A stretch of 63,954 nt of DNA, the filler included, from Reticulomyxa filosa (lineage: Eukaryota; Protista; Foraminifera): the NCBI GenBank assembly GCA_000512085.1. It is 22 parts of 22 records of this genome, joined end to end, with 100 filler letters (N's around TTAATTAATTAA, not from the genome) between each part and the next. Parts side by side here need not be neighbours in the genome. Positions count along the whole stretch, not along the records: positions 12,185 to 17,118 come from ASPP01002047.1; positions 17,219 to 18,525 come from ASPP01015363.1; positions 18,626 to 21,244 come from ASPP01017796.1; positions 21,345 to 24,022 come from ASPP01026663.1; positions 24,123 to 25,629 come from ASPP01013134.1; positions 25,730 to 34,339 come from ASPP01048521.1; 16 more parts are not named here. The stretch is one strand, 5' to 3'. This document shows positions 14,568 through 26,812 of the stretch, piece after piece. Both the position numbers and the translations under genes were made by a program. Each line of letters opens with the position of its first letter. Position 1 is the first letter of the stretch. The notes beneath the pieces were generated by a model that was given only the letters and a program-made list of their open reading frames with translations, was not told the DNA's origin and searched no databases.

Positions 14568-15232
14568 ATGGGTAGTTGGTTTGGAGTACAATCATCAAAA
14601 ACTACATATACTGAGACGAACTCATCGGATGACTCGGACCCTGAAGCAGACACTGGAGTAAGACGAGTGATAAGAATATTTTATAATAACACGGAGCAGC
14701 CAATAGTGTTGTACCAAGGAACACCTCTTGGAGAAATAATGAATCAGTTGAAGCAGATTCTGCGGCTCCCTCAGAGTTGTCAGTTGTTATTTAGTGATAG
14801 TGAAGGGATACCTGTGATAATGAGCAGCAGCATTCCACACGGAACAGATGTGTTTATGGAGGTGAGATACGCCGACGTACGAAGCAACAAAAGCAATGAT
14901 CAAAAGCAAGACCGCGAAAACGAGCACAAGCAAAGTGACGAGCATGCAGACAACCCCATGCTCGCATGGGACTCTGAAAATAGGCTCGGCGGCCAAGTGA
15001 TAGGAAAAAATCAAAAATTACTGGACTATAACAGATAACTTCAATTGGCCTTTTCGTATTACCACCAAATGTGGCATCACTCAAACAGGTATCTTTTATT
15101 TACATTTGTCGAAAGGGAATAAGTCGCAAAAATTTTATTCAAAGGGAGTGTGCATGTACGGTATCCTTCACTAATGATGTATACGTATATCATGTATACG
15201 TATGTGCATTTGTGCACATATACATATATGTA

Positions 15233-15266
<34 letters not shown>

Positions 15267-15765
15267 AGGAGGGATTTATCGGTGGCGATTGACGTTTCGC
15301 GATTCAAGAGACGGCAACAAACACGAGGCATTTTTGTCATTGTATAATCACTTTGGATGTGTGTTCAGTGACGAGTTGGGACTGTTGGACCGAAATCCTA
15401 GAAGCGCATTAATGCCGCAGCCGCAAGCGACCAAGCACAACAAAGATAAGTATACGTTTGATGTGATTGTGGACTTGCGTGGAAAAAAGTCGAGAAGAAG
15501 TAAAAAGAAAAAGGACAACGGAGACAGAGAAGATGGCATGTATATTTGCCTACTTCCGGATAATACTTGTCTCTCGTTCAGCCCTTTCTTTGATCGACAA
15601 AGGCCCTCCGAACAAAACCCTTTGTTGCTGGCCATTTGGACCAAAAATGCCATCCGTGCCGAAATTGAAGAATTTGAAGAAAATGTTTCGCCTTCGCTTG
15701 TCCCCTGTTCTGCTTTGTTTACTGCCAAAGCCAAATACGAGCATTTTGCTTATCAATTTGAATGA
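14568..15765 (+). CDS. Uncharacterised protein (Gly2 N-terminus, possible ubiquitin/PB1-like fold then beta-rich domain); 2 exons, one frameshift near 15015
   Basis: ORF 14568-15038 shifts frame to YWTITDNFNWPFRITTKCGITQT. Intron 15089-15268 (TA microsatellite) joins in frame to GGIYRWRLTFRD... of ORF 15289-15765. Domain guesses are weak. Confidence 0.6.
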
Positions 15766-16237
15766 TTGTATCACAGAGGGGGGAAAAAAAAACGGCGTAT
15801 ATGTATATTGAGAGATTGGTTAAAAAAACAACCAAGTATTCAATTCAATTTGTTACTTATCGTCTTTAAAAACCTCTCAAGATATCTCTAATTAGTTTCA
15901 CTCGCCCTTCTCCTTATTGCATTTTTTTTTTCCAAAATAGCTACAAAAAATATAACAAAAAGTAAAATGTTCAAAAAAAGCCTACTACCTTCGAAACAGT
16001 TAGGAAGAAACAACGCAAAAAAATGAGGGAGCACATGTTTTTTTGTTGATCTGCAAAAAAAAAAAAAAAAAAGAACACTAACTATTAATAAATAAGCTTG
16101 CTGAAAGAAACAACAACACCATCAAAAAATTTCCATATTTGACAAGCTAACAAAAGTTTGTTAAAAAATTTATAAATATGTGATAGAAATAAACAATTAA
16201 TTGTATGAATGCGTACATTAAAAAAAGGTGATAAGTT

Positions 16238-17118
16238 TTAAAAAAAAAAAAAGGGGGGGGGCGAAAGGAAATTCAATCCCCTCCTCCTCCCTTTTTTTGG
16301 CAAATGTAAATAAGTGGTGAGATGGGTATAAACCCAAAAGCGAATGCCATTGTTGGGAACGATTTTGACGGCGTTGGGTACCATGCCTCTGTACATGCCA
16401 CGCACTCCATCTTTGTGGATGATTTTGGAGAAGCAGTCCCAAACTCCGACGTACTTTGTGCCGGGGATTTGCATCACCCTTCGAACCGTGTCCAAAGGAT
16501 AGCACACACTTTGGGCAACTAGTCCTGCAGTCGCGCCCAGTCCCAGCACAAGTAATGAGTTCGAGCCTTTGATATTGCTTGATTTCAAAAAGGTTTGTTT
16601 CAAATAATCAAACGTCGCAAAGTTTATCGCAATAAAAGGCCCCAATGACATCACCGTTGGCACCTGTTATTTGTTATAACAATTAACAATTAACAATTAG
16701 TAATAATAAATATATATATATATATATTTATTATTACTAATTGTTAATTGTTAACATACCCAGCCTTTGAAGAACGCAGCCACGCCACCATTGTTGTAAA
16801 TGTAACGAATGGCATCAGAAGGACGCTTTGCTTCGGGGACAACAGCTTGGACGAGACGCATGACGTCTAAAGGATACGTCAAGGTCGCGGCGGTGCCCCC
16901 GGCCAAGGCCCCTGCAATCAGCCGTTCCACATGTCCGAATGCGCGCTGATGACGCTCGCACCAATCTACTACCCACGCTTTGTACCGCTCGTACGACGCA
17001 AACTGAAGTGCCGCGTACGGAAACACGCGCACACAATTCGTCAAGTTCCCACGCCAAAGCGAGCGAACGCTATTCCGTCTTACCTCAAAGGCCCCTTTTT
17101 TTTTTTTTTTTTTTTAAA
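16238..17118 (-). CDS. Mitochondrial carrier (SLC25) protein, CoA/adenine-nucleotide carrier-like; 5' partial
   Basis: LWRGNLTNCVRVFPYAALQFASYE, YPLDVMRL, FFKGW|VPT, YPLDTVRRVMQ, GMYRG match the Px[DE]xx[KR] signature. Intron about 16757-16664. Confidence 0.93.
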
Positions 17119-17218
17119 NNNNNNNNNNNNNNNNNNNNNNNNNNNNNNNNNNNNNNNNNNNNTTAATTAATTAANNNNNNNNNNNNNNNNNNNNNNNNNN
17201 NNNNNNNNNNNNNNNNNN

Positions 17219-18525
17219 AAAAAAAAAAAAAAAAAGAGTATTTACAATCGTGACCTTTCTCATCTATAAAAGATGTAGGTAAAGGCTTCAGAGGTTGTTC
17301 AAGTGGTCTATGTGACCTTTGATGGTCTTGAGTTTGTTTCATTGTGGAATCACTCCTGGAAGTGAACACGATTGAACTTTGACTTGAGTTTCTTTTCAAA
17401 TTAGAGTCACTTAGTTGCTTGGAGCCACTCTTTTTTTGCGACTTTCGTAAGGAATAACGATCTTGAGTACTCAGCTGGGGCAAACTAGTAGCATTGCCAT
17501 CACCACTTTTGGTGTGATGATTTCTTATGTTTCGAGAAGGTGTTATGTTAACATCTGCTGTCTTGAATTTTTTCAAGGCATTAGTGTTCATATCTGATGT
17601 TTGCGGACGTTTTTGCAACGTATTCCACAACTGTCACAAATTGCACAAAAAAATTCGGAGTAGATGAAAATAGAGTCAGTTGGGGAAGAGAACAGAGGGG
17701 AAATGAGGAAAAATAATATGTTTGAAGAATTAAGAAGTTTCGAAACCTGATCATAAGTAGCCAAGCACTCACGAATTTCATCGTTCTCTTTTTCAAACTG
17801 TTTCTTCAAAGTAGTTAAATGGCCATTGTGTCTGGCTCCTGGTTGTATCATAGGCTCCAAACTTGTATTGAAGTCTTTACTATCTATGTTTCTCTTTTCC
17901 AACTCTTGTAACAAAAATTGTCGGCGTTCTTCTAAGGCACGTCGTTCTGTTTGCAAATCCACTCCGTATTCTTCATGATCGTAATCGTATTCCATGTTTT
18001 GTTTTTTCATCTGTTGGAGCCATACTTCCTTTGATTGAATAACCTCGCCACTATTTTCTCTGTTGTCATTACATTAATTTAAAAAAATAATAAAAAGAAT
18101 TTGAGGAAGTAAGCATATAATAAAAATATCAATATCGATTTTATATTCCTTATGTACTCTCTCTCTTTTTTTTCTTGCACTTTTTTTTCTGCCTCCAAAA
18201 AAAAAAACCTTAGGTTTGCTTGTTCGTTTTGAATCTGTAAATAAAGGCTGTTGATACCTTCCATAATGGCTTCTTCTTGTTTTCTCAATTGCTCTCGCAA
18301 AGCCTTTAATTGGTCCAATTCCTTTTTTTTTTCTTCACTGATTACCTGCAGCTGTGCGGGGCTTGTATTTTGCAACATACGTTTAAGCTCTTCTTGCTCG
18401 ACTTTGGTCTTAAATTCTATCTCTTTATTTTTATTCAACTCACGAACTATTTCACTTAAATTTGCTTCTTTCTATGTGAAACAAATGTACATTAGCAACG
18501 ACCTTAATTGTAAAATTTTTTTTTT
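17219..18525 (-). CDS. Coiled-coil protein fragment, multi-exon, partial at both ends
   Basis: E/K/Q/L-rich heptad-like ORFs 18079-18438 and 17588-18010, and an S/K-rich ORF ending at about 17240. Confidence 0.55.
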
Positions 18526-20023
18526 NNNNNNNNNNNNNNNNNNNNNNNNNNNNNNNNNNNNNNNNNNNNTTAATTAATTAANNNNNNNNNNNNNNNNNNN
18601 NNNNNNNNNNNNNNNNNNNNNNNNNTAGAATTGAAAAAAAAGTAAATGGCAATGAACAAAGATCAAATGGTGATAGTTGTATTAATTTATGTTATGGTTC
18701 CAGCAAGTATCCAGACAAATAACATTTTTTAAAGAATTACAAATTCAAACTTTTAGATTTACTTTATTGTTTTACGCATTTTCTTTATAAAGAGTAATTC
18801 TTGGACTGTTACTCTTCCAAATCGATATAGAAAAGAACGATTATCGACAACAAAGTAAAATGGACTACTAACTTCAATATTATTACTCCGAATGGCGCAA
18901 TATGAGAAAACGCATAAAGGACAATATGCATGGAATGCAAAAGAGAGTGAAGATGAATACATACAATATGGTCAGTGTATTCAACAAATTAGATGGCAAT
19001 TATCATATCAATGTATTTTAATAATATGGTCACTGATGATCACTTGCCTGCCTATTGATCCATCTTCAAATATTAACTGATTTTAAACGGATCGTTTCGT
19101 CTAAAAAAACGACTTGACTTTTTGAGGATCCCCCGATAAAAAAAGCGGTTTTGTTTTCGTAATAAGCAAGGAGAAATTTGTTAACCAAGTCTGTACTTTT
19201 TTTTGTGTAAAAATCTATTCTATTTCGGAACGCTCACTGACCTTGGTGTTAACACCAGAACACCAGGTATAAGATGTTCATACAATAAAAGTCAAAGCAT
19301 GGAAAATGATTTTTTTTTGTTTTTTGTCATTAATGTGTGTGGATGTTATATGAGTTGCGTATTTGCGAAGCAGTAAAAAAAATTACCATTAACAATAATT
19401 TTTTTGTCAGTAGCATTTGAAATTATTTTTTAACTTTGTATAAAAGATAAATAATTTTTGTTAGTTTTAAATTGTAAAATGTTTGCAATAACAAAAAGGT
19501 AATAGAAATATTTTAATTCAAAATTGTCAACAATTAATAATTTGTTTTTTCCACACAAGTTATAAATTTAATATGATCTGAAGAAAAAGCATAAAAACTG
19601 ACACATTAATCAATTTGTAGCTATATTTATCACAGTGCTTATGAAATAACTTAAATTAGTACTACAAGTTGTTGGGTCTTTCCGCCTAGGTAAATCTTTT
19701 TCAAGTTTTACGTCCAATTATAAAAAATAAAAAAAAGCGATCAATAATTTCAAACTTGGATTATCATTCAATTTCTTTATCAACAAATCTGCTTGATAGC
19801 CTGCCATTATAATCAATTTGAATATTTTGAAATAAGAATAAACATAATTTTGAATATCTTGTGATTGGAACCAAATTACATTTAACATTTGTGGATTATT
19901 TAGATATGAACACATTGCATTAACTTGTCATTATTACACAATAATTTTCACTGATAGTGCAATGTTGCAACAATTGATGTAGATCAGTATTTTTTTCAAT
20001 TTTCATTTGCAATCTACTGTAGA

Positions 20024-21094
20024 ATGATTAACACCAGAGATGGAGGATTTGTGGTGGGATATACTGGAAGTTATGGTGCAGGAGGAGGTGATGCATTATT
20101 GGTTAAATTCACATCGAATGGGGAATTGACTTGGATTAGAACATTAGGAAAAAGTGGCTATGATGGTGGCGATTCTGTGATTGAAACTAATGATGGAAGA
20201 TTGGTGATAACAGGATGGACCGATGGATGTGGTCCAAACCTTTGTTTAATATTAGCAAAATTTACATCTAATGGCACACTCAATTGGGCCAGAATTGTAT
20301 TAGAAGCGAATGCCTTTTATGGAAATTATGTAATTGAAAGCAGTGATGGAGAATTGATGGTAACTGGAACAGGAAGTGTTGGTGAAATATGGGGATTATT
20401 GTTAGCCAAATTTACTTCCAATGGAACATTTGTTTGGGCTAAGATTGGAACTGATGAAGCCAAATTTGGTCAATCCGTGATTGAATGTAGTGATGGTGGA
20501 TTTGTGGTGACAGGATCCACAGAATACGATCCTATTTGAGATACTCAAAATCTCATACTAACAAAATTTACTTTTGATGGTATCTTGAGCTGGATCAAGA
20601 TTTTAGGATGAAAACATATCACTTTGGGCTATTCTGTAATTGAGAGTAGCGATGGAGGATTGGTTGTAATTGGATTTATTGATAATTATGGTGTAAAGAA
20701 TGGTAACTTGCTATTGGCGAAATTATTCAACAATGCAACTTTTGATTGCGGAGCTCTTCAAACTGGCCTTGGTTACAGCAATCTTATGCTTACAGTAAAT
20801 AATATATCACTTATTATCACTACGCCTAATGTTAATTTCAATACTATTGATTCAGCTAAAATGATTTCTGTCACTCTTAATCTAACCACTGTATGTGCTC
20901 TTTCTGATAGTCATCAACATCACAATTCTTCAAATACAATCCTCGGGCTATCCATTCCAGTATTTGTTGTACTCATTGTTGGAATACTTGCTATTGCATG
21001 CTCAGTAGCCTCTTGTCGTTGTTGTAAACGTAAAATTGTAACAACTGGAGCCAGACCTAATCAAGAGACTTTGATCTCTGGCTACATAGACTGA
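20024..21094 (+). pseudogene. Prokaryote-style beta-propeller repeat protein with C-terminal TM helix; two in-frame TGA codons
   Basis: About 5 repeats of S-V-I-E-x-x-D-G-G-x-V-V-T-G...LLAKFTSNGxLxW. One frame runs through TGA 20537-20539 and TGA 20609-20611. TM segment ILGLSIPVFVVLIVGILAIACSVA followed by CRCCKRK. Confidence 0.75.
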
Positions 21095-21344
21095 AAAAAT
21101 AAAGAGGAAAAAGCAATAATAGACGTATTGGATTGTCCCAAATGCATTTGCCAATATGTACAGTAGGTTGCAAAGAAAACTGAACGCCTAAAACATATCT
21201 TATGATGATAATTGATTTTCTCCATGAAAAATCAACATTTAGACNNNNNNNNNNNNNNNNNNNNNNNNNNNNNNNNNNNNNNNNNNNNTTAATTAATTAA
21301 NNNNNNNNNNNNNNNNNNNNNNNNNNNNNNNNNNNNNNNNNNNN

Positions 21345-24022
21345 TCTTCTTCTTCTTCTTCTTCTTCTTCTTCTTCTTCCTCGTCTTCTTCTTCCTCTTC
21401 TTCTTCGTCGTCATCACTTGCGGCAATGGAACTCCATTCGGATGCCTCACTGATTGGGTTGGACTCATTTCTGTTGAGTGTCGGCTTCGTCTGGAGTTTG
21501 TTACCAGTGTCGTTTTTTCCACCGTTGAGATTGTGGATCAAATGTCTCAGATTTTCCGGAATATTGTATCTCTGAAACACGCTTTGTGACAGTACGTCTA
21601 AGGAAAGCACTTGATTGCCATTGGTGGTCGATGTCATTTGTGTTGTGTGCACATTGCCATTGTTATTGTCATTGCCATTGCCATTGCCATTGCCATTGCC
21701 ATTGGCATGGATGTCCATCTTGTTTGTCGAGTGGTTATTACTTGTCGATGCTGATCTTTGTTTATACATTTGTGTCTGTTCGTCTTGTTTGGGATTGGCA
21801 GAGGAAGGAATAGACTGCATAGGTTTCTTGGGCGAGCCCTTTTGCGAGGTGGCAGGATATACACAGGGTAAGTCGGCGGGGTCGATACCATTGACTTGGT
21901 ACCCGAGCAGCGCCTCATTGGAACGAGTGAAAAAGGGATCATCGTTGACCAAATTCAAGGTTTTGTGCAATATATTCTTAAACTGTCCGCCCACGTTTCC
22001 GAATGACATGGACATGGACCGTGGCGTAATATTGGCCAGACTGGTCACGTAATTGGGTAATGCAGGCAACGCCTTGGTTTCAAAGTCGTGAATGGTCGAC
22101 GCAATCTTGCGATGATAATGCACATTGGAAGATCCAGTTGCTACGTCGCTTGCATTTCCATTTCCATTCCCATTCCCATTCATTTGTCCATATTTCGAAT
22201 CGTCTTTTGTTGGTGAGACATGGTTGTGGCCTGACCCGCCATTGTTATCGCCATCGCCATTGCCATCATCACGTTTCCAGTCATTTTGCAACGAGTGCTT
22301 ACGTATCGCCAAGAACTCTTTCTGCTGCTCCAATTGTCTCTTGCCTCGGGCCAGCAGTCCATTGGCTGTTTCAAACTTGCTCCCGTGGTCTAATATCTGT
22401 TGCCATATCAGTTTGTCTTTTTGCAATACCGGCAAGATGTCCTTCATCACTTTCGCAATTACCTCGCTGGCTTTCAACTTTGGCCAATTCCGTTGGCTGA
22501 TCACACGAGCTGGGACCAAATGTCTAAAGTTGTATATTTTTACATTATTAAATTATGTGTACATATATATGTATGTGTATATGTATTAAACGGCGGCTGG
22601 CTTAAAATAAGCTCTTTCATAGCCATGACTTGTGCAGCCACACACGGCACGATCATATGGACGCCGAAAGCGAATAGGAAATCCCACAGACGCATGACTT
22701 CGACAATAGGCTTGGTAATGCTCAAGAGCGAAGACATGACGGGGAAGAAACAGGCAAAGGGGTGGATCCTCGGGTCATTCAAATGGTCCGATAGCTTTTT
22801 GTCGACTAGTCGAATGATTTCATACACTAACATGGTGCTGCCAAATGCTCCGGCCAACCCATGCTCTTCCGGAAACGTTACCCAATATGTCGGCAAATGG
22901 TTCTCCAACAGCGCATAAAATGTCGCGAATGCGTCCAACTCGCTCATGTTTAATAACAGCATGGCCGCTATCACGTCCATTCCTTGCACATATCGACACC
23001 CTGTTTTATGGCAATAGCTATTTATCACTCGAATCAGTGACTTTTCACTTACACGAGCTTTAAAAAACCCATTCGTTTTGAACGTGCGCATCGTATCTTT
23101 CCGGATTATGTAATATGATGGACTCCTTTTTATTTTTATTTTTATTTTTTTATTTTATTTTTTTGACTTTAAAAAAAAAAAAAAAATGACATATATATAT
23201 TTTTTTGCATGTACTGTATTGCATGCACAATGCACGTGATTTTGCTCCTGCTTTTTATTCAATGAGAAGGGGGGGGGGGGGGGGAACAGCGTGCACGAAA
23301 AAAAAAAAGATACGTATACATATACATATATATGTTTATATAACTGTTTTTTACGACAATAAGAAACATATTCTTCACTGCTGATAGTGCCAACTCCTAG
23401 CATGGTTTTCCAAGTTTTCCCACGTAGTGTGGTCTCCACAGATGTAACAGCACATTGTGGCTGCACGTTTGTTGATGACAGAGGCTGTCTTGGAACTGGA
23501 TTGTTATCCCTGGAATAGGGATTGTCGCCAAGTAATGCATGGCTCCTTTCTCGACCGAAATTTTTCTTTTTTTTTTTTTTTGTCTTTTTCTTTCCTTTCC
23601 CTTCCTCCTTTTTTTTTTTTAAAAAAAAAAAAAAAAAGAAAACCATTTTATGATCATGAGTGGTGTTTATGTGAGTAGAGGCTCGTAGCCTTGGCGGTTC
23701 GTTGGAATGGTGATGTAATGACCGTGGTCGACTTGTGTCGTGGTCGTTTCCAGTGGCACTGTCTCTAGCGACGCCACGAGCACGTGAGTGTTCGTGAAAA
23801 CCTTCGTTGGGATAGCTATCATGGGTGGAATTATTGTCCGAAGCAATGGAGGCGGAATGAGACGTTTTATTCGTCGATGTAGCAGATATGTAGCCATTTG
23901 TGACATCACTGTTGCGATGAAACATTACATGCAAACGTTCCAGTTCCACAAACTCGTATTCTTCTTCTTCCTCTTCTCTTCCTCTTTTTCTTTTTCTTCG
24001 TTTTCCTCCTCCTTCTCTTCCT
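21345..24022 (-). CDS. TBC/Rab-GAP domain protein, Bub2/Cdc16-like, with long low-complexity extensions; partial, multi-exon
   Basis: LRGKTWKTMLGV, IRKDTMRT (IxxDxxR finger), YVQGMDVIAA (YxQ finger), LIRVINSY and RLWDFLFAFGVHMIVPCVAAQV resemble Bub2/Cdc16. The tail has NG hexamer and poly-E tracts. Confidence 0.85.
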
Positions 24023-24123
24023 NNNNNNNNNNNNNNNNNNNNNNNNNNNNNNNNNNNNNNNNNNNNTTAATTAATTAANNNNNNNNNNNNNNNNNNNNNN
24101 NNNNNNNNNNNNNNNNNNNNNNC

Positions 24124-24240
24124 CGCTGGCTGGACGATCGGGCAACCGCCAACGCAGCTTCAGCGCGGAGTCAAAACCCAATGATGCAGGAAGACAACAT
24201 CCATCACTGGTTTGTCGGTCTGAACTACCGGTTCTTTTAA
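24124..24240 (+). CDS. C-terminus of bacterial MipA/OmpV-family outer-membrane protein (5' partial)
   Basis: ...QNPMMQEDNIHHWFVGLNYRFF* ends in a beta-barrel signal with terminal Phe. Its stop overlaps the next ATG (TAATG). Gene context is typical. Confidence 0.7.
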   Translation, partial: RWLDDRATANAASARSQNPMMQEDNIHHWFVGLNYRFF

Positions 24241-24620
24241 TGCAGTTCGCGGTTGTCATTGGTTTGCTACCCTGAGTTGCTGCGCAGTTGCACAAAACGA
24301 ACAATGCACACCAGAGCTGTGCTGGCAGGTTGAGCCAACCGTTTGCATCAGCGATCAAACCGAAGGACCATGCGCCCTGCGTTTAACTTGCGTTGGCAGA
24401 GTCAGCAGCCTTTGTCGGTCTGCGCCGAGTTGTCTGAGCAACCTTTGCAATGCTGGGTTGGCCAGACTCGGGGCAATTGACGCATCAGACTGTGCTCGCC
24501 GGCCCGTCACAACTGCAATTGAGCATCGATGGTGAAACTAAACTCGCGAAACAACTGTCTGTATTAAGTCGCCAACCTGCGCGGCGGAAACGTCTGGTAG
24601 CCCCATGGAGTGTGTTTTAA
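24240..24620 (+). CDS. DUF3019-like periplasmic protein, broken by three 1-nt homopolymer deletions
   Basis: Reconstructed: signal-like MQFAVVIGLLPLSCCAVA...WQVEPTVCISDQTEGPCALRFNLRWQSQQPLSVC...QCW...VLSRQPARRKRLVAPWSVF*. The RRxR..PWSxF end is typical of the family. TAATG overlaps at both ends. Confidence 0.75.
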
Positions 24621-25309
24621 TGCACAAAATATTGCTTGTTGAAGATGATGCGCGTCTGGCCAATCTGGTACAGAGCTTTTTACAACAACACGGTTTTCAG
24701 GTCACCTTATGTGATAACGGCTTGCAAGCTGAGAGTTTATGCCGCGAAGTTCAACCGGATCTGGTCGTGCTGGATTTGATGTTGCCCGGCATGGACGGCT
24801 TTGCGGTGTGCCGGGCGCTGCGCAGCTGGTATAAAAATCCGGTACTGATGCTCACTGCCAAACAAAGTGATATTGATCAAGTATTAGGCCTTGAACTGGG
24901 CGCTGATGACTATGTGATAAAGCCAGTGGAACCCAGGGTGCTGTTGGCACGAATCAACGCGTTATTGCGCCGGGTACAAGGCGTGGTCAGTGGCGACCAG
25001 CAACGGTTGGAGTTCGGTAAACTCAGGCTCAACCAATCTGCCCGCGAAGCGCATTTTGACGAGCAGCTGATTGAGCTGACCAGTTATGAATTTGATTTGT
25101 TGTGGATGCTGGCGAAAAATGCCGGCCAAACGGTGCGTCGCGAAGCTATTCATAAGCAAATTATCGGCCGCGAATATGATGGTCTGGACCGCACCGTCGA
25201 TGTGCGGGTGTCACACCTGCGCCGCAAACTGGGCGACAATGCCGATGCACCATTTCGGATTAAAACGGTCTGGGGTAAAGGTTATCTGTTTGTGGCTGAT
25301 GCCTGGTAA
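24620..25309 (+). CDS. OmpR/PhoB-family response regulator (RstA-like)
   Basis: MHKILLVEDD...VLDLMLPGMDG...MLTAK...GADDYVIKP receiver domain and winged-helix RTVDVRVSHLRRKL...IKTVWGKGY. Start at 24620 via TAATG coupling. Confidence 0.96.
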   Translation: MHKILLVEDDARLANLVQSFLQQHGFQVTLCDNGLQAESLCREVQPDLVVLDLMLPGMDGFAVCRALRSWYKNPVLMLTAKQSDIDQVLGLELGADDYVIKPVEPRVLLARINALLRRVQGVVSGDQQRLEFGKLRLNQSAREAHFDEQLIELTSYEFDLLWMLAKNAGQTVRREAIHKQIIGREYDGLDRTVDVRVSHLRRKLGDNADAPFRIKTVWGKGYLFVADAW

Positions 25310-25314
25310 GTTGC

Positions 25315-25629
25315 ATGCGCCGGCTATTTCTGCATTTTTTATCTGTTTATTTTGCTAATGCTGCTGGCGATTGGCTGGTCGGTCGAACGACTGTGGCAAC
25401 ACAGTCAAACGGAACAACTGCCTGGCTGGGTTGAGCTGTTGGGGCAAAGCCTGGCCTATCAGCTCAGCAACCCTGACCAATCAGCGGCTCAGGTTGCGGC
25501 GCAATTGGGATTGGAGCTGCAGCAGTTATCGACCGGTAGTATCGCCTGGTCGGTCGCTGAGCAAGATGCGTTGGCCAAAGGCCGGCTGGTCCCGCTGTTT
25601 GGCCAGCAACAGGTTTACTTTTACCAGCT
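25315..25629 (+). CDS. Sensor histidine kinase N-terminus (RstB-like), 3' partial, +1 T frameshift near 25335-25340
   Basis: MRRLFLHFYLFILLMLLAIGWSVERLW (TM1) begins 5 nt after the regulator stop. The kinase core lies beyond the contig end, so identity rests on context. Confidence 0.75.
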
Positions 25630-25729
25630 NNNNNNNNNNNNNNNNNNNNNNNNNNNNNNNNNNNNNNNNNNNNTTAATTAATTAANNNNNNNNNNNNNNN
25701 NNNNNNNNNNNNNNNNNNNNNNNNNNNNN

Positions 25730-26662
25730 TACAGATTTATCCCTTGGTGTTTACTTGCGATTCCCAAGTAAATCATGAAATTCAATCTAAAAATATTAAA
25801 ATTGTAAAGGAATTTTTAGGAAATGAAGATAATTGTAGTAATATTGGCTATTTTACTTGGCCATCTTTAATCCGATGCAACACTAATGAGTTGTTACATA
25901 TCCCTATTACTGCCTGTTACACTAGCTTCGATGTCACTGTATTCAATGGAAACAATACTTCGCAAAATAATATCAAACCTAATCATCAAATTACTTCAAA
26001 GGATCAAAAGGGAGCAAAAACCGAACAAGTTGAAACATTAGAGAATTGGATTAAACAGTACAATATGATACGAGAAAGAAGCCTTTCAGTTTGACTCATT
26101 TTTTATTTATTTATTTTGTTATATTATAATTTTCTTTTAATTCCTATTTTTTGAAAAGTTGGTTGAGCAGCTTAACGAAAAAGATGCGGCGAAGAGACAG
26201 CGCAACTACTGGTGCTACTACGTCCTATTTTGCATTGCAGATAGCGCTTATGAAGTTGCATATAATGAGGTCATTGATAAAAAGGACATTAAGAATGTAT
26301 CAGCAAATATTAAGAGCTTAGTGTTGCAAAAGGCTAGATTCAACATTTCAACAATACAGCAAACAAAGTTGAAATCTATTTAATAAATTACAAAACTTAA
26401 AAAAACAAAACAAACAAAACAAAAAAGATTTAAAGAGGAAATTGTGGCGTACGCGTATGAAATCTACAAGCTATTTCGGAGGGGATTACAAATCGAGCCA
26501 AATTTGAGGTTGCTTAACAGGAATTTCTTCAAATCAATGGCTCCGACTCCGAATATTCGACAATCAAAAGGAAATGTTGTTTATGTTTGGTCTGGTGTTG
26601 GTGCTTTTTCTGGTAAAACATTTAGGCATTTGTTTGATTCTATTACATACGAATTTAAATAA
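25730..26662 (+). CDS. Unnamed family member A (IGYFTWPSL / YVWSGVG domains), 5' partial, frameshifted
   Basis: ORFs 25744-26094, 26159-26383 and 26444-26662. Intron about 26089-26158. Collinear with the copy at 33398-34339. Confidence 0.65.
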
Positions 26663-26812
26663 TTTTTTGTTTTTTTAAAATTCCTCCTTGCAACAAACTT
26701 GGAAAAATGTTGAAAAAATATTTGAAATTAAATATTTTGTAATAATCTCTTTAAATCTTTTTTGTTGTTTGTGTTGCATTTTTTTTTGAAAGTTTCATTT
26801 TTTAAAAAATTT

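Noticed and set aside
18626-21244. Contig from a bacterium using TGA=Gly or Trp
   Set aside because: The 1.4 kb upstream is non-coding with TAA/TAG in all frames, and Trp and Gly use standard codons in the ORF.
24605-24619. Response-regulator start at 24605 (MECVL)
   Set aside because: These bases encode the PWSVF* end of the upstream gene; the coupled ATG at 24620 fits receiver-domain starts.
24023-25729. Bacterial operon integrated in the eukaryotic chromosome
   Set aside because: Bounded by artificial spacers with no host junction; contamination or an associated bacterium is simpler.
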